A stretch of DNA of 64,000 bases from an uncultured Chloroflexia bacterium (lineage in GTDB: Bacteria; Chloroflexota; Limnocylindria; Limnocylindrales; CSP1-4), in the NCBI GenBank assembly GCA_963712585.1, contig CAVQIH010000015.1:6886-70885 (forward strand), read 5' to 3'. This document shows positions 47,172-57,543 of this stretch, piece after piece. How positions within the stretch are numbered: position 1 is the first letter of the stretch; each line of letters starts with the position of its first letter. Made by a program: the position numbers and the translations under genes. The notes beneath the pieces are model-generated. The model was not told the origin of the DNA. It saw only the letters and a program-made list of their open reading frames with translations, and made no database searches.

Positions 47172-48775
47172 CGCTCTGCGCCCGCGACATCGGGATCACC
47201 CCGGCTGCCACTGTCCGGCTTTGCCGCTTCCGCCTCGACGGGTTCGGGCGGCCGCGGCGTGTCTGGCAGCCGCGCCTCCGGCGGGATCCCCACCCACGCC
47301 CCTCGTGGCGCGGTCCGCGACTCCGCCGGCCGCAACGCGGTCGCCAGAGGGTCGTGCGGGGCCGAAGGGTGCTGGGCGTCCGGGGCCGGTAGGACGAGCG
47401 TAGCGGCCGCCGGCTCGACCCGACGGTGGGCGAGGACCGAGGCGACCCCGGAGAGCGTCACCAGCAGTGCACACGAGATGAGCACCGGCGTCGTCCCGAC
47501 GACATCGGAGATCGGTCCGACCGCCACGATCGGCAGGAAGCTGCCGATGGAGACCAGCATGTTGAGGATCCCGAACACCCGCCCACGGACCTCCTCGGGG
47601 ATCTCCTCTTGAAGCTGCGTCTGGGCCGGGATGGCGACAGCCGAGTAGGCCACGCCGGCCAGGAAGCCGATGACGACCACCACCGTGAGCAGGGACACGA
47701 CCGCCGTGGCCGGCACCAACTTCGTCGCGTCGCGGACGTCCTGCAGGAAGGTCGCGATTGGACCGGCCACCGCGAGCGCCACCAGCAACAGCCCCAGGAC
47801 GACCAACCCGGCCTCGATGATCCGGCGGCGCGGGACGTACTTCCCGTAGGCGTTCAGCAGCAAGACACCCATGACGACCCCGGCCCCGAGCGGCAGGACG
47901 ACCACCACGAAGTCCTTCGGGCCGAGCTGGAGCGCCTCGGTCGCGTAGTCGGGCCCGAGGACGCCGAGCACCCCGATCAGCGACGAGGTGATGCCCAGGT
48001 AGAGGAGCGACCAGAACGCGTTCCGGTGCCGGCGGATGTAGCCGATGCCCTCGCCGAACTGGGCCAGCACCGAGCTCACCGCCGCCTCCGCCTCGGCGAC
48101 GGCACCGACGCCGACGGGCTCCGTCGGCGAGGGTGGGGCTGGCGGGAGGGTGAAGCAGAAGACGGCTGCGACCAGGTAGAACACGGCGACCACCAGGATG
48201 AGGGCCTCGGGCCCCGAGACCGTCACGAGGAGCGGGCCCGCGAGGGCGAAGCCGACGGCGAAGGCCGCGTTGAGCGTGAGCGTGAAGATCCCGTTCGCGG
48301 CCAGCAGCTGGTTGCGCGCCACCAGACGGGGGATCATCGCGAGCTCGGCCGGGGCAAAGAAGGTCGTGACGATCGACACGACGATGTTCAGCGCGTAGAT
48401 GGCGACCAGGTTGGTGTTTACGAGGAGCATCAGGCCGAATGCACCCGCCCGCAGGAGGTTGGCCGTGACCAGCACGAGCCGCCGGTCGAGCCGATCCACG
48501 TAGACGCCGGCGACCGCCGAGAAGATCACTGCCGGGACCAGAAACGTCAGGAGCAGGAAGCTGACGGCCGAGTTGGAGCCGGTCAGCGAGAAGATGAGGA
48601 CGGTCAGGCCGTAGATGACCATGTTGCCGCCGACCTGGGTCGCCACCTGCGACAGCCACAGCAGCATGAAGCCTCGGTTGGCGAAGACCGCCGCGGCGCT
48701 GCCGCCATCGTCAGGACGGGCGCCGCCTGCTCGGCCGGGGCCGCCTCCGCCCAGCCGGGGGCCACGGCCCGTCAT
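47168..48775 (-). CDS. MFS transporter with a Pro/Ala-rich C-terminal tail
   Basis: Track ORF 47168..48904, starting at ATG 48775 (an ATGA overlap with DUF951). It has 12 predicted hydrophobic segments and the motif GVYVDRLDRRLVLV. Confidence 0.8.
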   Translation of the reverse strand: MTGRGPRLGGGGPGRAGGARPDDGGSAAAVFANRGFMLLWLSQVATQVGGNMVIYGLTVLIFSLTGSNSAVSFLLLTFLVPAVIFSAVAGVYVDRLDRRLVLVTANLLRAGAFGLMLLVNTNLVAIYALNIVVSIVTTFFAPAELAMIPRLVARNQLLAANGIFTLTLNAAFAVGFALAGPLLVTVSGPEALILVVAVFYLVAAVFCFTLPPAPPSPTEPVGVGAVAEAEAAVSSVLAQFGEGIGYIRRHRNAFWSLLYLGITSSLIGVLGVLGPDYATEALQLGPKDFVVVVLPLGAGVVMGVLLLNAYGKYVPRRRIIEAGLVVLGLLLVALAVAGPIATFLQDVRDATKLVPATAVVSLLTVVVVIGFLAGVAYSAVAIPAQTQLQEEIPEEVRGRVFGILNMLVSIGSFLPIVAVGPISDVVGTTPVLISCALLVTLSGVASVLAHRRVEPAAATLVLPAPDAQHPSAPHDPLATALRPAESRTAPRGAWVGIPPEARLPDTPRPPEPVEAEAAKPDSGSRGDPDVAGAER

Positions 48776-48999
48776 GCCGGCTCGGGCCCTCGTTCGACGA
48801 ACTCGACGATTCGGCGTTCCACGCTGGGCCGCTCGAGCAGGATCCGTCGCTCGCAACCGCGACAGACCAGGCCGATGTCCGCCCCGAGGCGCACGATCCG
48901 CCACTCGAACGTCCCGCAGGGGTGGCGTTTGCGCAGCCGGACCACGTCCCCCAGTCTCAGCTCCAGCACCGGGCCCGGCGTCTTCATCGGTCGACCCAT
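48772..48999 (-). CDS. DUF951-family small protein
   Basis: Track ORF 48772..48999. LRLGDVVRLRKRHPCGTFEWRIVRLGADIGLVCRGCERRILLER fits the pattern HPCG...GaDi...C..C. Confidence 0.65.
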   Translation of the reverse strand: MGRPMKTPGPVLELRLGDVVRLRKRHPCGTFEWRIVRLGADIGLVCRGCERRILLERPSVERRIVEFVERGPEPA

Positions 49000-49014
49000 C
49001 CGGCGGGCAAGGTA

Positions 49015-49689
49015 TCAGACATGGGGCGAGCCATGGGCCGGCTGCAGATCTCTGTCCGTCGCCGTGAGCTGGAGGTCATCTCTGGGCGCCACGGTCACCG
49101 ACGCGCCGGGATAGGTCGCGGCCAGGAGCGAGACGATCCCACCCGCCCTGGTCAGCGACCCCGTGAGCGTCTCGGGGTGGCCGATGGCGACGATGGTGAA
49201 CGTGTCACCCAAGGGCGTGTTCTCGACCGAGAGCGCCCCCGGGTCACCCGCAACGACGGTCCCGGTGACTACTCTGACGTCATCAACGGCGATCGCCTCT
49301 GCTCCGGCGTTGCGGAGCTCGTTGAGAAGGTCCTCGATCGCGGCTCCCGGCAGCGGGCCGCTGATCACGATCTGCACCCCCGGTCCGCTGGCGGGGGCAA
49401 GCCCCGACCACGACCGGATGCGCGCGAGGTCGAGGCGCAGCTGGCCGGCTGAGGTCTCGCCGGTCGCGGCGCCCGTCTGGAGCGCCCCGAGCTGGCGCTG
49501 GAGGTCGCCGACCTCCGCCCGCAGCAGATCGTTGCGTGTGTTGAGGTTCGCGACCAGGAGGGTGAGGTCCTGGGCAGAGAGCTCGCCCATTCCGCTGCCG
49601 ACGCTCTGCGTCCGGAACTGGACGACGAGGAGCAACCCCAATGCCAGGGCGACGAGCGTGACGGCGAGGAGCGAGCGAGGGTGCTGCAT
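49015..49689 (-). CDS. DUF881-domain membrane protein
   Basis: Track ORF 49015..49689. It has an N-terminal TM helix, a coiled segment, then GPGVQIVISG...LLNELRNAGAEAIAVDDVRV. Confidence 0.75.
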   Translation of the reverse strand: MQHPRSLLAVTLVALALGLLLVVQFRTQSVGSGMGELSAQDLTLLVANLNTRNDLLRAEVGDLQRQLGALQTGAATGETSAGQLRLDLARIRSWSGLAPASGPGVQIVISGPLPGAAIEDLLNELRNAGAEAIAVDDVRVVTGTVVAGDPGALSVENTPLGDTFTIVAIGHPETLTGSLTRAGGIVSLLAATYPGASVTVAPRDDLQLTATDRDLQPAHGSPHV

Positions 49690-49695
49690 GGGTTC

Positions 49696-50463
49696 CTACG
49701 GACCGGGGGTGGTGCCCGGCGTGACCGGCCGTGCGTAGCGCAGGCGGACGGTGCCGGCATAGGCGGGGACGCTGACGTCCTTCAGCTCCGCGAACGAGAC
49801 TCCGATCCCGTACTGCTGGGCCCGGGCCTTGATGAAGTCCACGAAGCCGACCGACGCGCTGAGTCGGTCGTAGAGATCGGCCGGGCCGATCGCGGAGATC
49901 TGATAGGGCGGCGCGAGGTACGCCGAGTTGACCAGCACGGAGCCTCCGATGTCGAGGATCGCCGTTGCCCCAGTCACGCGCTCGCTGTTGACCGCGATCG
50001 CCTCGGCCCCCGCAAGCCAGAGCTCCTCGACGACAGTCCGGACGTCCCTGGCGGTCACGAGGTAGTCCGCCTGGCTGCCACTCGGCGTGATCGGGGCGTT
50101 CGCGTCGTCGAGCTGGAGGACCAGGCCCGGCCCGGTCAGGGGCACGAGGCCGGCGATCAGACGGGCCTGCTGCAGCTCTGCGTTGAGGCCGCGCACGATG
50201 ACGTCCGTTCCGGCCGTCCCGGCTTCCGCTTTCTGGATCTGGTCGCGAAGGGAGAGGATGTTGGACTTCAGGGCGTCCTGCTGGGTCTGGAGCTCCAGAG
50301 CGGTCTGGACGAGCGGCTGGCGTTCTTGGCTCGTGTACTGGGTGCGCGGTCCCTGCGAGCGAATCTGGGCCGCGATAAGGAAGCCCAGGACGAGGAGCGC
50401 CAGGCCCAGGGTCGCCTGCCAAGACGACACGACGAGCAGCCGACGAATCTGCGTCGCCATCAT
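49696..50463 (-). CDS. DUF881-domain membrane protein (second, tandem copy)
   Basis: 3' part of track ORF 49696..51138, starting at MMATQIRRLLV. It has GPGLVLQLDD...VVEELWLAGAEAIAVNSERV and YQISAIGP. The start overlaps the upstream stop. Confidence 0.75.
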   Translation of the reverse strand: MMATQIRRLLVVSSWQATLGLALLVLGFLIAAQIRSQGPRTQYTSQERQPLVQTALELQTQQDALKSNILSLRDQIQKAEAGTAGTDVIVRGLNAELQQARLIAGLVPLTGPGLVLQLDDANAPITPSGSQADYLVTARDVRTVVEELWLAGAEAIAVNSERVTGATAILDIGGSVLVNSAYLAPPYQISAIGPADLYDRLSASVGFVDFIKARAQQYGIGVSFAELKDVSVPAYAGTVRLRYARPVTPGTTPGP

Positions 50464-51854
50464 GCTCCCCCGGCCATAGGACTCCGTCGGCGGGCAACGA
50501 TCACCGCGACGCCGATAGCGCCGCCAACGATCAGGAACGTCAGCAGGATCGCGGCAGCGTCCGAGGTCCGAGCCCCCTTCCCCGCGCCGGCTTCCGTAGC
50601 GCCGGCGGCCGTCGGGCTCGCGGCAGCCGGTGGCCCGGACGCCGACGGGGTCGGTGGCGACCCACCCCAATCGGGCGGCACGGGTCCGGCGGGCGCCGGC
50701 TGCGGCCCGTAGCGGGTAGAAGCCGGCACCCCGGTCCAGGCGAGCCACGCGTCGGCGAAGGCGCTCGCGTCCATCCCGATGGCGGCGCTGAAGGCTTCGT
50801 CGTCGGACACGCCCCGAGCGTAGGACCGGATGAGGCGAACCAGCGCGTCCTGCCCCTGGGAGTGGACGATGTAGTCGATCGCGTCCACGCTCTCCGCATA
50901 CGCCAGCGAGAACTGCTCGCCGGTCGTGGGGAACTGGGCACTCAGGCCATTGAGGGGGATGACGCGCCCATCGCCGGCCGCCGCGATGAGCTCGCTCCGA
51001 TAGGACGGTGTGTTGCCTTCCGAGAGGTAGACCGCAACGCCCTCGTCCAGCCAGCGGGGCGGGCGGTGGTACGGGTTGCGGACGGCGGTGTCGAACACGA
51101 TGTGGGTGAGCTCGTGCGGCACGACCGTGGCGACCCACGAGGAATTGACCTCGTCGGGGGTGATGAGGGCGAACAGGGTTCGGATGTCAGCGTGGGCCTC
51201 GCCACCCACGTTGTCGCGCGTCCCGGGACCCAGGGCGTCGTAGAACGAGCCCTGATCCGCATAGACGAAGAAGTCGATCGGCGCGTCCTCCGTGACGCCG
51301 AGGAGGTCCGCGGCGCGCGCGACGGCCCCATCCCCGATCGAGAGCGCCCGGTCGGCGAACGCCTCGCTGCCCTCATACCAGTGCAAGCGGACGATCTGGC
51401 CGGTGCGCGTACGCCAGTCAAACCTGGTGTCGGCGTAGGTCACCGAGACGGTCGGCCCGAGGCTGACCGCGCCGTCGGTGGCCGTGAGGCGCCAGGTCGC
51501 CCGAATGGTGGTGTTCGGCACGACCTGGCCGGCGGCCGTGTCGAGCTGGTAGGTGAGCTCGTCGCGACCGATCCCGAGACTGGGTGCGATCTCGCTGACG
51601 CTGAGCCCCAGCGCACCGGGGAAATCGAGCAGGATCTCGACGCGTGCAGGCACGCTCGCCAGGAGGACTGGCTGGGTGAAGCGGACCGCCGCGCCGTAGA
51701 TGAAGCTAGCGCTCGGGCTGCCGTACGTCGGAGGCGCCGCTCCGGCGACGGTGAGCGGCACGATCCCGGACGCGAGGCTCAGGGCAGCGGCGAGCGCAGC
51801 GGCACGCAGGCCCCGGGCGGCCCACGCAGGGGGATTCGTCCGAAGCTCCATCAT
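50460..51854 (-). CDS. secreted MA-clan (HExxH) peptidase-like protein with a C-terminal TM anchor
   Basis: Track ORF 50460..51854. It has a signal-like N-terminus, VVPHELTHIVF followed by WLDEGVAVYLSEG, a Pro-rich linker, and the hydrophobic end ILLTFLIVGGAIGVAVIV-ARRR. Confidence 0.7.
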   Translation of the reverse strand: MMELRTNPPAWAARGLRAAALAAALSLASGIVPLTVAGAAPPTYGSPSASFIYGAAVRFTQPVLLASVPARVEILLDFPGALGLSVSEIAPSLGIGRDELTYQLDTAAGQVVPNTTIRATWRLTATDGAVSLGPTVSVTYADTRFDWRTRTGQIVRLHWYEGSEAFADRALSIGDGAVARAADLLGVTEDAPIDFFVYADQGSFYDALGPGTRDNVGGEAHADIRTLFALITPDEVNSSWVATVVPHELTHIVFDTAVRNPYHRPPRWLDEGVAVYLSEGNTPSYRSELIAAAGDGRVIPLNGLSAQFPTTGEQFSLAYAESVDAIDYIVHSQGQDALVRLIRSYARGVSDDEAFSAAIGMDASAFADAWLAWTGVPASTRYGPQPAPAGPVPPDWGGSPPTPSASGPPAAASPTAAGATEAGAGKGARTSDAAAILLTFLIVGGAIGVAVIVARRRSPMAGGA

Positions 51855-53437
51855 CGCCCGGGCCCCCAGGCGAGGCCGGCCATCCGCAGGATGCCCAGCC
51901 CGTTCGGGGCGGCGCCCAAGAGGCCGTCGCGGGCGAGTGCGTACCCCATCCCATAGCTGACCGGGATGACGGGTACCTCGTCCCGGACGATCATCTCAGC
52001 GCGGTCGTATGCCGCGGCGACGACCGCCGGGTCGGTAGCGGAGGCCGCCGCCTCGAGCGCGTCGTCGAAGGCGGACGAACTCCATCCCCCGTAGTTGTTC
52101 ACCTGCCCACTCCCCAGCAGGATCCGCAGCATCGCGCTGCGAGCCGGGTAGTCCGCGATCCAGTCCATCGCCCAGAAGGCCGGCGGATCGCTCGTCAGGC
52201 GGTCGTAGTACTCGCCGAAGTCCATCGTCTCGTAGGCGACGCTGACCCCGAGCTCGCGCTCGAGGTCGGCGATGATCGCCTCGTCGTAGAGCGTGCCCGG
52301 GGTGACCAGCGTCACACGTGGGAACCCGGCCCCGCCGGGGTAGCCTGCTGCAGAGAGGTCACGGCGAGCTGCTTCCGGGTCGTGGGTCGGCATGAAGCTC
52401 GTGGCGCTGCGCCCCGGGATCCCGAGCGGCACCATGCCGGTGGCGGGCGTCTCGCTGCCAGAGCCGGCGAGCTCGACGATGCGATTCCAGTCGACCGCCT
52501 CGGCGAACGCCCGCCGGACCCGTACGTCGTCGAAGGGCGCCCGGCGGACGTCGAAGCCGAAGTAGGTCACGTCGAGGGACGGAACCGTTCGCAGGCTTGG
52601 ACCGAGGTCGCGGTCGTAAGCGATCCAGCTGGCGTCTCCGGGTCCGATCGGCGTGTAGTCAACTCCACCATCCTGGAAGACCTGCACGGGGCTCTGGCCA
52701 GCGAGGTCTGTGATGAGCGACAGGTGCCCGATCGCCGGGCGCCCGGCCCAGTAGTGGTCGTTCGCCTCCAGCTCCATCGACTGGAACGAGCCGCTCTCCC
52801 TGGTGGCCACCTGGATGCTGTACCCGCCGGTTGCATCTGACGTTCCGGCGCCGAGCGTCGCCACCGCCAGGGTCGGGCTGGCAGCGATGGCCGGGAAGTC
52901 GGTCGCGGGACGATCGAACAGGACCTCGAGGTCGTCCCCGGCAGCCCTCAACCCGAGCTTGGAGACGTCACCCGCCTGGAGCTGGCCGGTTCGGTAGGCG
53001 ATCGCCCCCTGAACATCGTCGAGCAGGGACGCCAGTGGTGACGGGGCGGTCGGGTCGAGGACGCGACGCCAGCTCGCGATCACGTCTTCGGGCCCGATCG
53101 CCTCGCCGTTGGCCGCCCGGGATCCCCGCCGGAGCTTGAAGACGAGGCTGCGCCCACCGTCGTGGAACTCCCAGGACTCCGCCAGCGCCGGTCGGACCGT
53201 GAGCGAGTTGTCTACCGTGGTGAGCGTCTCGTAGATCTGGGCGATGACTCCGGCGCTGGTGGCGTCGCCGGCGGCCGCCGGATCCAGCGTCTCCGGGTTC
53301 CCGACGAAGATCGTCGCCTCGTCGCTCGAGACGCCGCCCGCGGGCACGATGCCGCAGCCGGCGAGCGACGACAGGGCCACGGCTGCAGCGATGACGAGGC
53401 CGGTGAGTCGCAGGCGGTGGCAAACCCAGCGGCGCAT
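51851..53437 (-). CDS. ABC transporter substrate-binding lipoprotein (family 5, peptide/nickel type)
   Basis: Track ORF 51851..53437. It has the lipobox LSSLAGC and family-5 text (YETLTTVDNSLTVRPALAESWE, HYWAGRP, AMDWIADYP). Confidence 0.8.
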   Translation of the reverse strand: MRRWVCHRLRLTGLVIAAAVALSSLAGCGIVPAGGVSSDEATIFVGNPETLDPAAAGDATSAGVIAQIYETLTTVDNSLTVRPALAESWEFHDGGRSLVFKLRRGSRAANGEAIGPEDVIASWRRVLDPTAPSPLASLLDDVQGAIAYRTGQLQAGDVSKLGLRAAGDDLEVLFDRPATDFPAIAASPTLAVATLGAGTSDATGGYSIQVATRESGSFQSMELEANDHYWAGRPAIGHLSLITDLAGQSPVQVFQDGGVDYTPIGPGDASWIAYDRDLGPSLRTVPSLDVTYFGFDVRRAPFDDVRVRRAFAEAVDWNRIVELAGSGSETPATGMVPLGIPGRSATSFMPTHDPEAARRDLSAAGYPGGAGFPRVTLVTPGTLYDEAIIADLERELGVSVAYETMDFGEYYDRLTSDPPAFWAMDWIADYPARSAMLRILLGSGQVNNYGGWSSSAFDDALEAAASATDPAVVAAAYDRAEMIVRDEVPVIPVSYGMGYALARDGLLGAAPNGLGILRMAGLAWGPGR

Positions 53438-53545
53438 GGGCCCGAGTATAGGCGGGGGCCGCCTGACGCAACGGCGGGCAGGAAAAGAGGCCTACCCGCT
53501 CACACCGCCGGGGGAACGATGGACCGCCGGGAGGCCTCGAATCCG

Positions 53546-53574
53546 ACTATACAGACCGGATCGCCCGACGACAA
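53546..53574 (-). promoter_or_regulatory. candidate sigma70-type promoter (TTGTCG-N17-TATAGT) upstream of the substrate-binding protein gene
   Basis: The minus strand reads TTGTCGtcgggcgatccggtctgTATAGT, about 100 nt upstream of the start at 53437. Confidence 0.35.
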
Positions 53575-53651
53575 TCCTTTCCGGTGATTCCCGGTTCGAG
53601 CATCAGCAGGATGGCCAACCGCCCGCCGGTCTCTCACCGATGAGGGTCGGG

Positions 53652-55736
53652 CTACGCTCCGCCCAGAGCCCGCCATACCCGGAGGACCTCGGCGACGCCC
53701 CACGCCTGGGCGATGCACCCACGCGGCTCATGAGGCGCGTCTCCCTCGAAGATCTCCGAGATCGAGCCGAGGCCCGCGTCGGCGAGGTGGTCCTCGAACG
53801 GCCGCAACACGGCGAGCCCGGCCGATGGGTCACCCGTCACCCGGGCCAGTGCCTCGGCGTACGGCCCGATCAGCCAGGACCAGACGGTTCCCTGGTGGTA
53901 GGCCGCGTCGCGGTGCCTTCGATCGCCTTGGAACGAACCTCGGTAGGCGCGATCGCTCGGAGCCAATGAGCGGAGTCCGACGCTCGTGAGGAGCGTCCGC
54001 CCGCACGCCTCGAGGACCGCCTTGCCGCGCTCGGCGTCGAGCAGCTGGTACGGCAACGAGAGCGCCAGGAGCTGGTTCGGGCGGAGGGCGAGATCATCGC
54101 CGTCGGGGCCGTCCACGACATCGGCGAGCCAACCGAGCTCGGGACGCCAGAACCGCCGACCGAAGGACTCCGTCGCCCGATCGGCGGCGGTCCGGTAGAT
54201 GCCCGCGGTCGGGTCGTTCCGTTCGGTGAGCCAGGCGGTCGTGGCCCGCAGCGCGTTGACCCAGAGCGCCTGGATCTCGACCGGCTTCCCCATCCGGGGC
54301 GTGACGACCCAGCCCTCGACGAGGGCGTCCATCCAGGTCAGCTGCACTCCGGGCTCGCCGGCCATCAAGAGGCCGTCATCGGGATCGACCCCGATCCCGA
54401 AGCGAGTTCCGGCGAGGTGCCGTTCGACGATCCGTCGGACGACCGGCAGGAGCTCGTCAACGAGACCGCCGTCGGCGCTGGCGACGGCGTAGGCATCGAG
54501 GGCCACCACGAACCAGAGCGTTGCGTCGGCCGTGTTGTACGCCGGAGCCTTGCCGGCTCCGTCCGGAAAGTGGTTGGGGATGAGCCCATCGGCCTCGAAG
54601 CGGGCGAAGGAGCGCAGGATGGCCGCCGCCTCGTCCGCGCGTCCGGTGGCGAGCGTCAGGCCCGCCAGCGAGATCATCGTGTCGCGGCCCCAGTCGGTGA
54701 ACCACGGATAGCCCGCGATCACCGTCCGGCCGGTCGCGGCGGGGACCTCATCCGCGGCCGGGATTCGCCGCTCCACCAAGAACTGGTCCGCGGCGAGGAT
54801 CAAGCGGCGAACGAACGCGCTCCCGTCCGCGGCGTTCGCGCGCCGGATCAGCTCTGCCTCGCGGTTCAGCTCGGCCTCGAGGGCGGCGGCTCCGTCGTGC
54901 GACTGGCTCTCCTCCGCCGAGAAGACCAGGGTGACCGGCCGCCCTCGCCGAAGCTCGGCCCCGAAGACGCCTGCTGCGGCAAGGTCGGACACGTCGGCCA
55001 GCCCGCGAGCGTGCTCCTCGCGGTGCCGGAAGCCGCGCTCCCACCGCCCGTTCGGTTCGAACCGGCCCCCGTCGGCGCGAAGGGTCAGGGCCTGGCCGTC
55101 CGCGAAGCGAACGCGCCCGCCCGGCGCGTCTGAGAGAAGCTCGATCGGCGGCACCGGGCCGTCGCCACGGGATGGGAGGTGATGGTCCCGCTCAGTGACG
55201 AGCGGGATGACTGCCAGGGAGACCGCCCGGTCCGCGCCCTTGAGATCGTACCGGACGAGCGTGGTGTTGGAACGGTTCGCCATCCAGACCCGCTTCTCGA
55301 TCCTCACGTCGCCGAAGGCGTAGGTCCAGGTCGGGACGAGCCCATCGAGGGCGAACGACTCCAGGTTCCTGAAGCCCAGTGGCCTGACGCCGCGCCCCTC
55401 CCGCTCATGCGCGTGGAGGGCCACCCGCCGTCCGCGGATCGTGACCCACTCCTCCAGCCCACCGACCAGCAGGGTGCGGCCGACCGGCGGCGCCGAAGCG
55501 GCGACCAGGTAGCCGTGATACGCCCGCGTCGCCGGGCCTGCCAGCGTCCCCATCGCGTATCCGCCGAGCCCGTTCGTGACCAGCCACTCACGCCGCAGTC
55601 CGGGGCCGAGCTCGTCGCAGATCCCGCGTCCAAGCCGCAGGGAGGGCAGCTCGTCCGGGGCACGGTCCAGGGACGCCAAAGCTTCCACCGCGCTCACATT
55701 ATGCTGGCCGGACCCGGTCCTTCCACGGCGGGACAC
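53652..55736 (-). CDS. glycogen debranching enzyme-like protein (GDE N-terminal domain plus amylo-alpha-1,6-glucosidase domain)
   Basis: Track ORF 53652..55736. Motifs are REWLVTNGLGGYAMGTLAG..TRAYHGYL, VIAGYPWFTDWGRDTMISL and AYHQGTVWSWLIGPY. The start could instead be GTG 55697. Confidence 0.85.
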   Translation of the reverse strand: MSRRGRTGSGQHNVSAVEALASLDRAPDELPSLRLGRGICDELGPGLRREWLVTNGLGGYAMGTLAGPATRAYHGYLVAASAPPVGRTLLVGGLEEWVTIRGRRVALHAHEREGRGVRPLGFRNLESFALDGLVPTWTYAFGDVRIEKRVWMANRSNTTLVRYDLKGADRAVSLAVIPLVTERDHHLPSRGDGPVPPIELLSDAPGGRVRFADGQALTLRADGGRFEPNGRWERGFRHREEHARGLADVSDLAAAGVFGAELRRGRPVTLVFSAEESQSHDGAAALEAELNREAELIRRANAADGSAFVRRLILAADQFLVERRIPAADEVPAATGRTVIAGYPWFTDWGRDTMISLAGLTLATGRADEAAAILRSFARFEADGLIPNHFPDGAGKAPAYNTADATLWFVVALDAYAVASADGGLVDELLPVVRRIVERHLAGTRFGIGVDPDDGLLMAGEPGVQLTWMDALVEGWVVTPRMGKPVEIQALWVNALRATTAWLTERNDPTAGIYRTAADRATESFGRRFWRPELGWLADVVDGPDGDDLALRPNQLLALSLPYQLLDAERGKAVLEACGRTLLTSVGLRSLAPSDRAYRGSFQGDRRHRDAAYHQGTVWSWLIGPYAEALARVTGDPSAGLAVLRPFEDHLADAGLGSISEIFEGDAPHEPRGCIAQAWGVAEVLRVWRALGGA

Positions 55737-55800
55737 CGCGGCGACGCCCCATGGCCCCGCCGGGGCGTGCGAAGGGCCAAGATCGAGGAGGAGAAGGTCC

Positions 55801-56472
55801 GTGGATCGGCGAAGCTGGCTCGAGGAGCGGCGAGCCGCGGTCGTGGCGGTGTACGACGCGGAGGCGGCGACCTACGACCTGAACGAGTACGCGACGACGA
55901 GCCACCCACGGTTCGTGACCCGGCTGCTCGAGACCTGCCCGCCCGATGGCATTGTGCTGGACGCGCCGTGCGGAACTGGCAAGTACTTCGGCACCATCGC
56001 GGCCGCCGGCCGTCGCGTCGCGGGGATCGACCAATCGGCGGGGATGCTTGCCCAGGCACGAGCGAAGGCCATCGCGGTATCGCTGGCGCAGGTCAGCCTC
56101 CAGGACCTCGGCTTCGTCAGCGAGTTCGACGCCGCCATGACGATCGACGCGATGGAGAACGTCTGCCCTGAGGATTGGCCCCTGGTGCTGGCCAACCTGC
56201 GTCGGGCGGTCCGGCCGGACGGCCACCTGTACTTGACGGTCGAGGAGATCGACGTGGCGATGGTCAACGACGCGTTCGCCGAGCTCACGGCACGCGGGCT
56301 CCCCGTGGTCCGCGGCGAGGTCGTCGAGGGCGACGTAGCCGGCTACCACTACTACCCCGGCCGGGGCCGGGTCCTGCGCTGGCTCGCAGCCGAGGGGCTC
56401 GAGGTCGTCGCGGAGGCTTTCGACCAGGAGGACGGCTGGGGCTACCGCCACTTCCTCCTGCGGCCCCTCTGA
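55801..56472 (+). CDS. class I SAM-dependent methyltransferase
   Basis: Frame of track ORF 55576..56472, starting at a GTG preceded by GAGGAGGAGAAGG. Motif I is VLDAPCGTGKY, and GIDQSAGML follows. Confidence 0.8.
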   Translation: MDRRSWLEERRAAVVAVYDAEAATYDLNEYATTSHPRFVTRLLETCPPDGIVLDAPCGTGKYFGTIAAAGRRVAGIDQSAGMLAQARAKAIAVSLAQVSLQDLGFVSEFDAAMTIDAMENVCPEDWPLVLANLRRAVRPDGHLYLTVEEIDVAMVNDAFAELTARGLPVVRGEVVEGDVAGYHYYPGRGRVLRWLAAEGLEVVAEAFDQEDGWGYRHFLLRPL

Positions 56473-56545
56473 CAGACGGCATCGGGCTGGGCCCGGGCAA
56501 CGGCCACGTGGACCGCGCCCGAGACCCTGCCCCGAGCCCCGGGCG

Positions 56546-57543
56546 TTACCGAACGACGATGGGGATGCTCTTGAACGTGCCCTTCACGCGATCGGAGGCG
56601 TACCAGATCTCGTAGCTCCCGGGGCTATCGGGAGCCGTGATCGTGACCGGGCTTCCGCTGGCCGTGTACGCATACGACAGGTATGTCCCCTCGGGCGAGC
56701 CAGCCGGGACGATGGTTATGTAGTCCTGCGGCCCGTCGGGCCCGGTCCACGTCACCTCGAAGGTGCTGCCGACCGTGACCACAGCAGGCGCCTTCAGGGT
56801 GATCTCTATCGGGGTGACCGTGATCGGTCGGCGCACCATCGTCGAGTCGGAACCGCCGGCGACGTACCAGAGCTCGTAGTCCCCTGCGGTCACCGGCGCG
56901 ATGAGCTTCCCGGGATTGCCGGCGGATGTGTAGAAGTAGCTCTCGTCGGTCCATCGTTCGGTGCCCAGGGCCACGATGGTGACGTAATCCTTCGGCCCGT
57001 CCGGCCCCGTCCAGGTCACGTCGAAGGTCGCGCCCGCCGCCACCGCGTCAGCGGCTGTCAGGGTTCCCTGGAAAGCCGTGACCGTGATCGGCTGGCGGGC
57101 CAGGATGGCGCCGCCGACATCGACGTACCAGAGCTCGTATTCCCCGGCCGTGGTCGGCGCGACGAGTCTGCCCGGGCTGCCGGCGGTCGTGTAGAAGTAC
57201 GGCTCATTGGTCCATTTGAGCGCACCCTTCGCCATGAAGGCAACGTAGTCGCCCGCCGCGTTGGGGCCGGTCCAGGAGACTGCGACCTCGGCGCCTCCCG
57301 CCACCGTGGCGGGCGCTTGTAGCGTGGCCGGGCCGCCCGGCGCGAGGGTGGGGCTGGCAGCCGCGGCGGCCGTTGGGGCCGCGGTTGCCGGGGGCGCTGC
57401 GGTCGCGGTCGCAGCCGGCGTCGCGGTCGGGACGGGCGACGGCGGCACCGACGCGCTCCCTCCCCGCAGCCCGCTACCAGGATCATGACCGCCGCACCGA
57501 TAGCACCGATCGCGCCGGCCCTGCGAAACGAATCCCTTCCCAT
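56546..57543 (-). CDS. lipoprotein with three tandem repeats of about 87 aa; one apparent frameshift after the lipobox
   Basis: The signal and lipobox MGRDSFRRAGAIGAIGAAVMILVAGC are in the frame of track ORF 57058..58041. The mature part is in track ORF 56546..57745. The frames switch in a G/C run near 57455-57466. The repeats lie at about 57331-57071, 57070-56807 and 56806-56546, each with the pattern F(E/D)V(T/S)WTGP...DY(V/I)...AP..(A/P)G.YE(L/I)WY. Confidence 0.7.
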
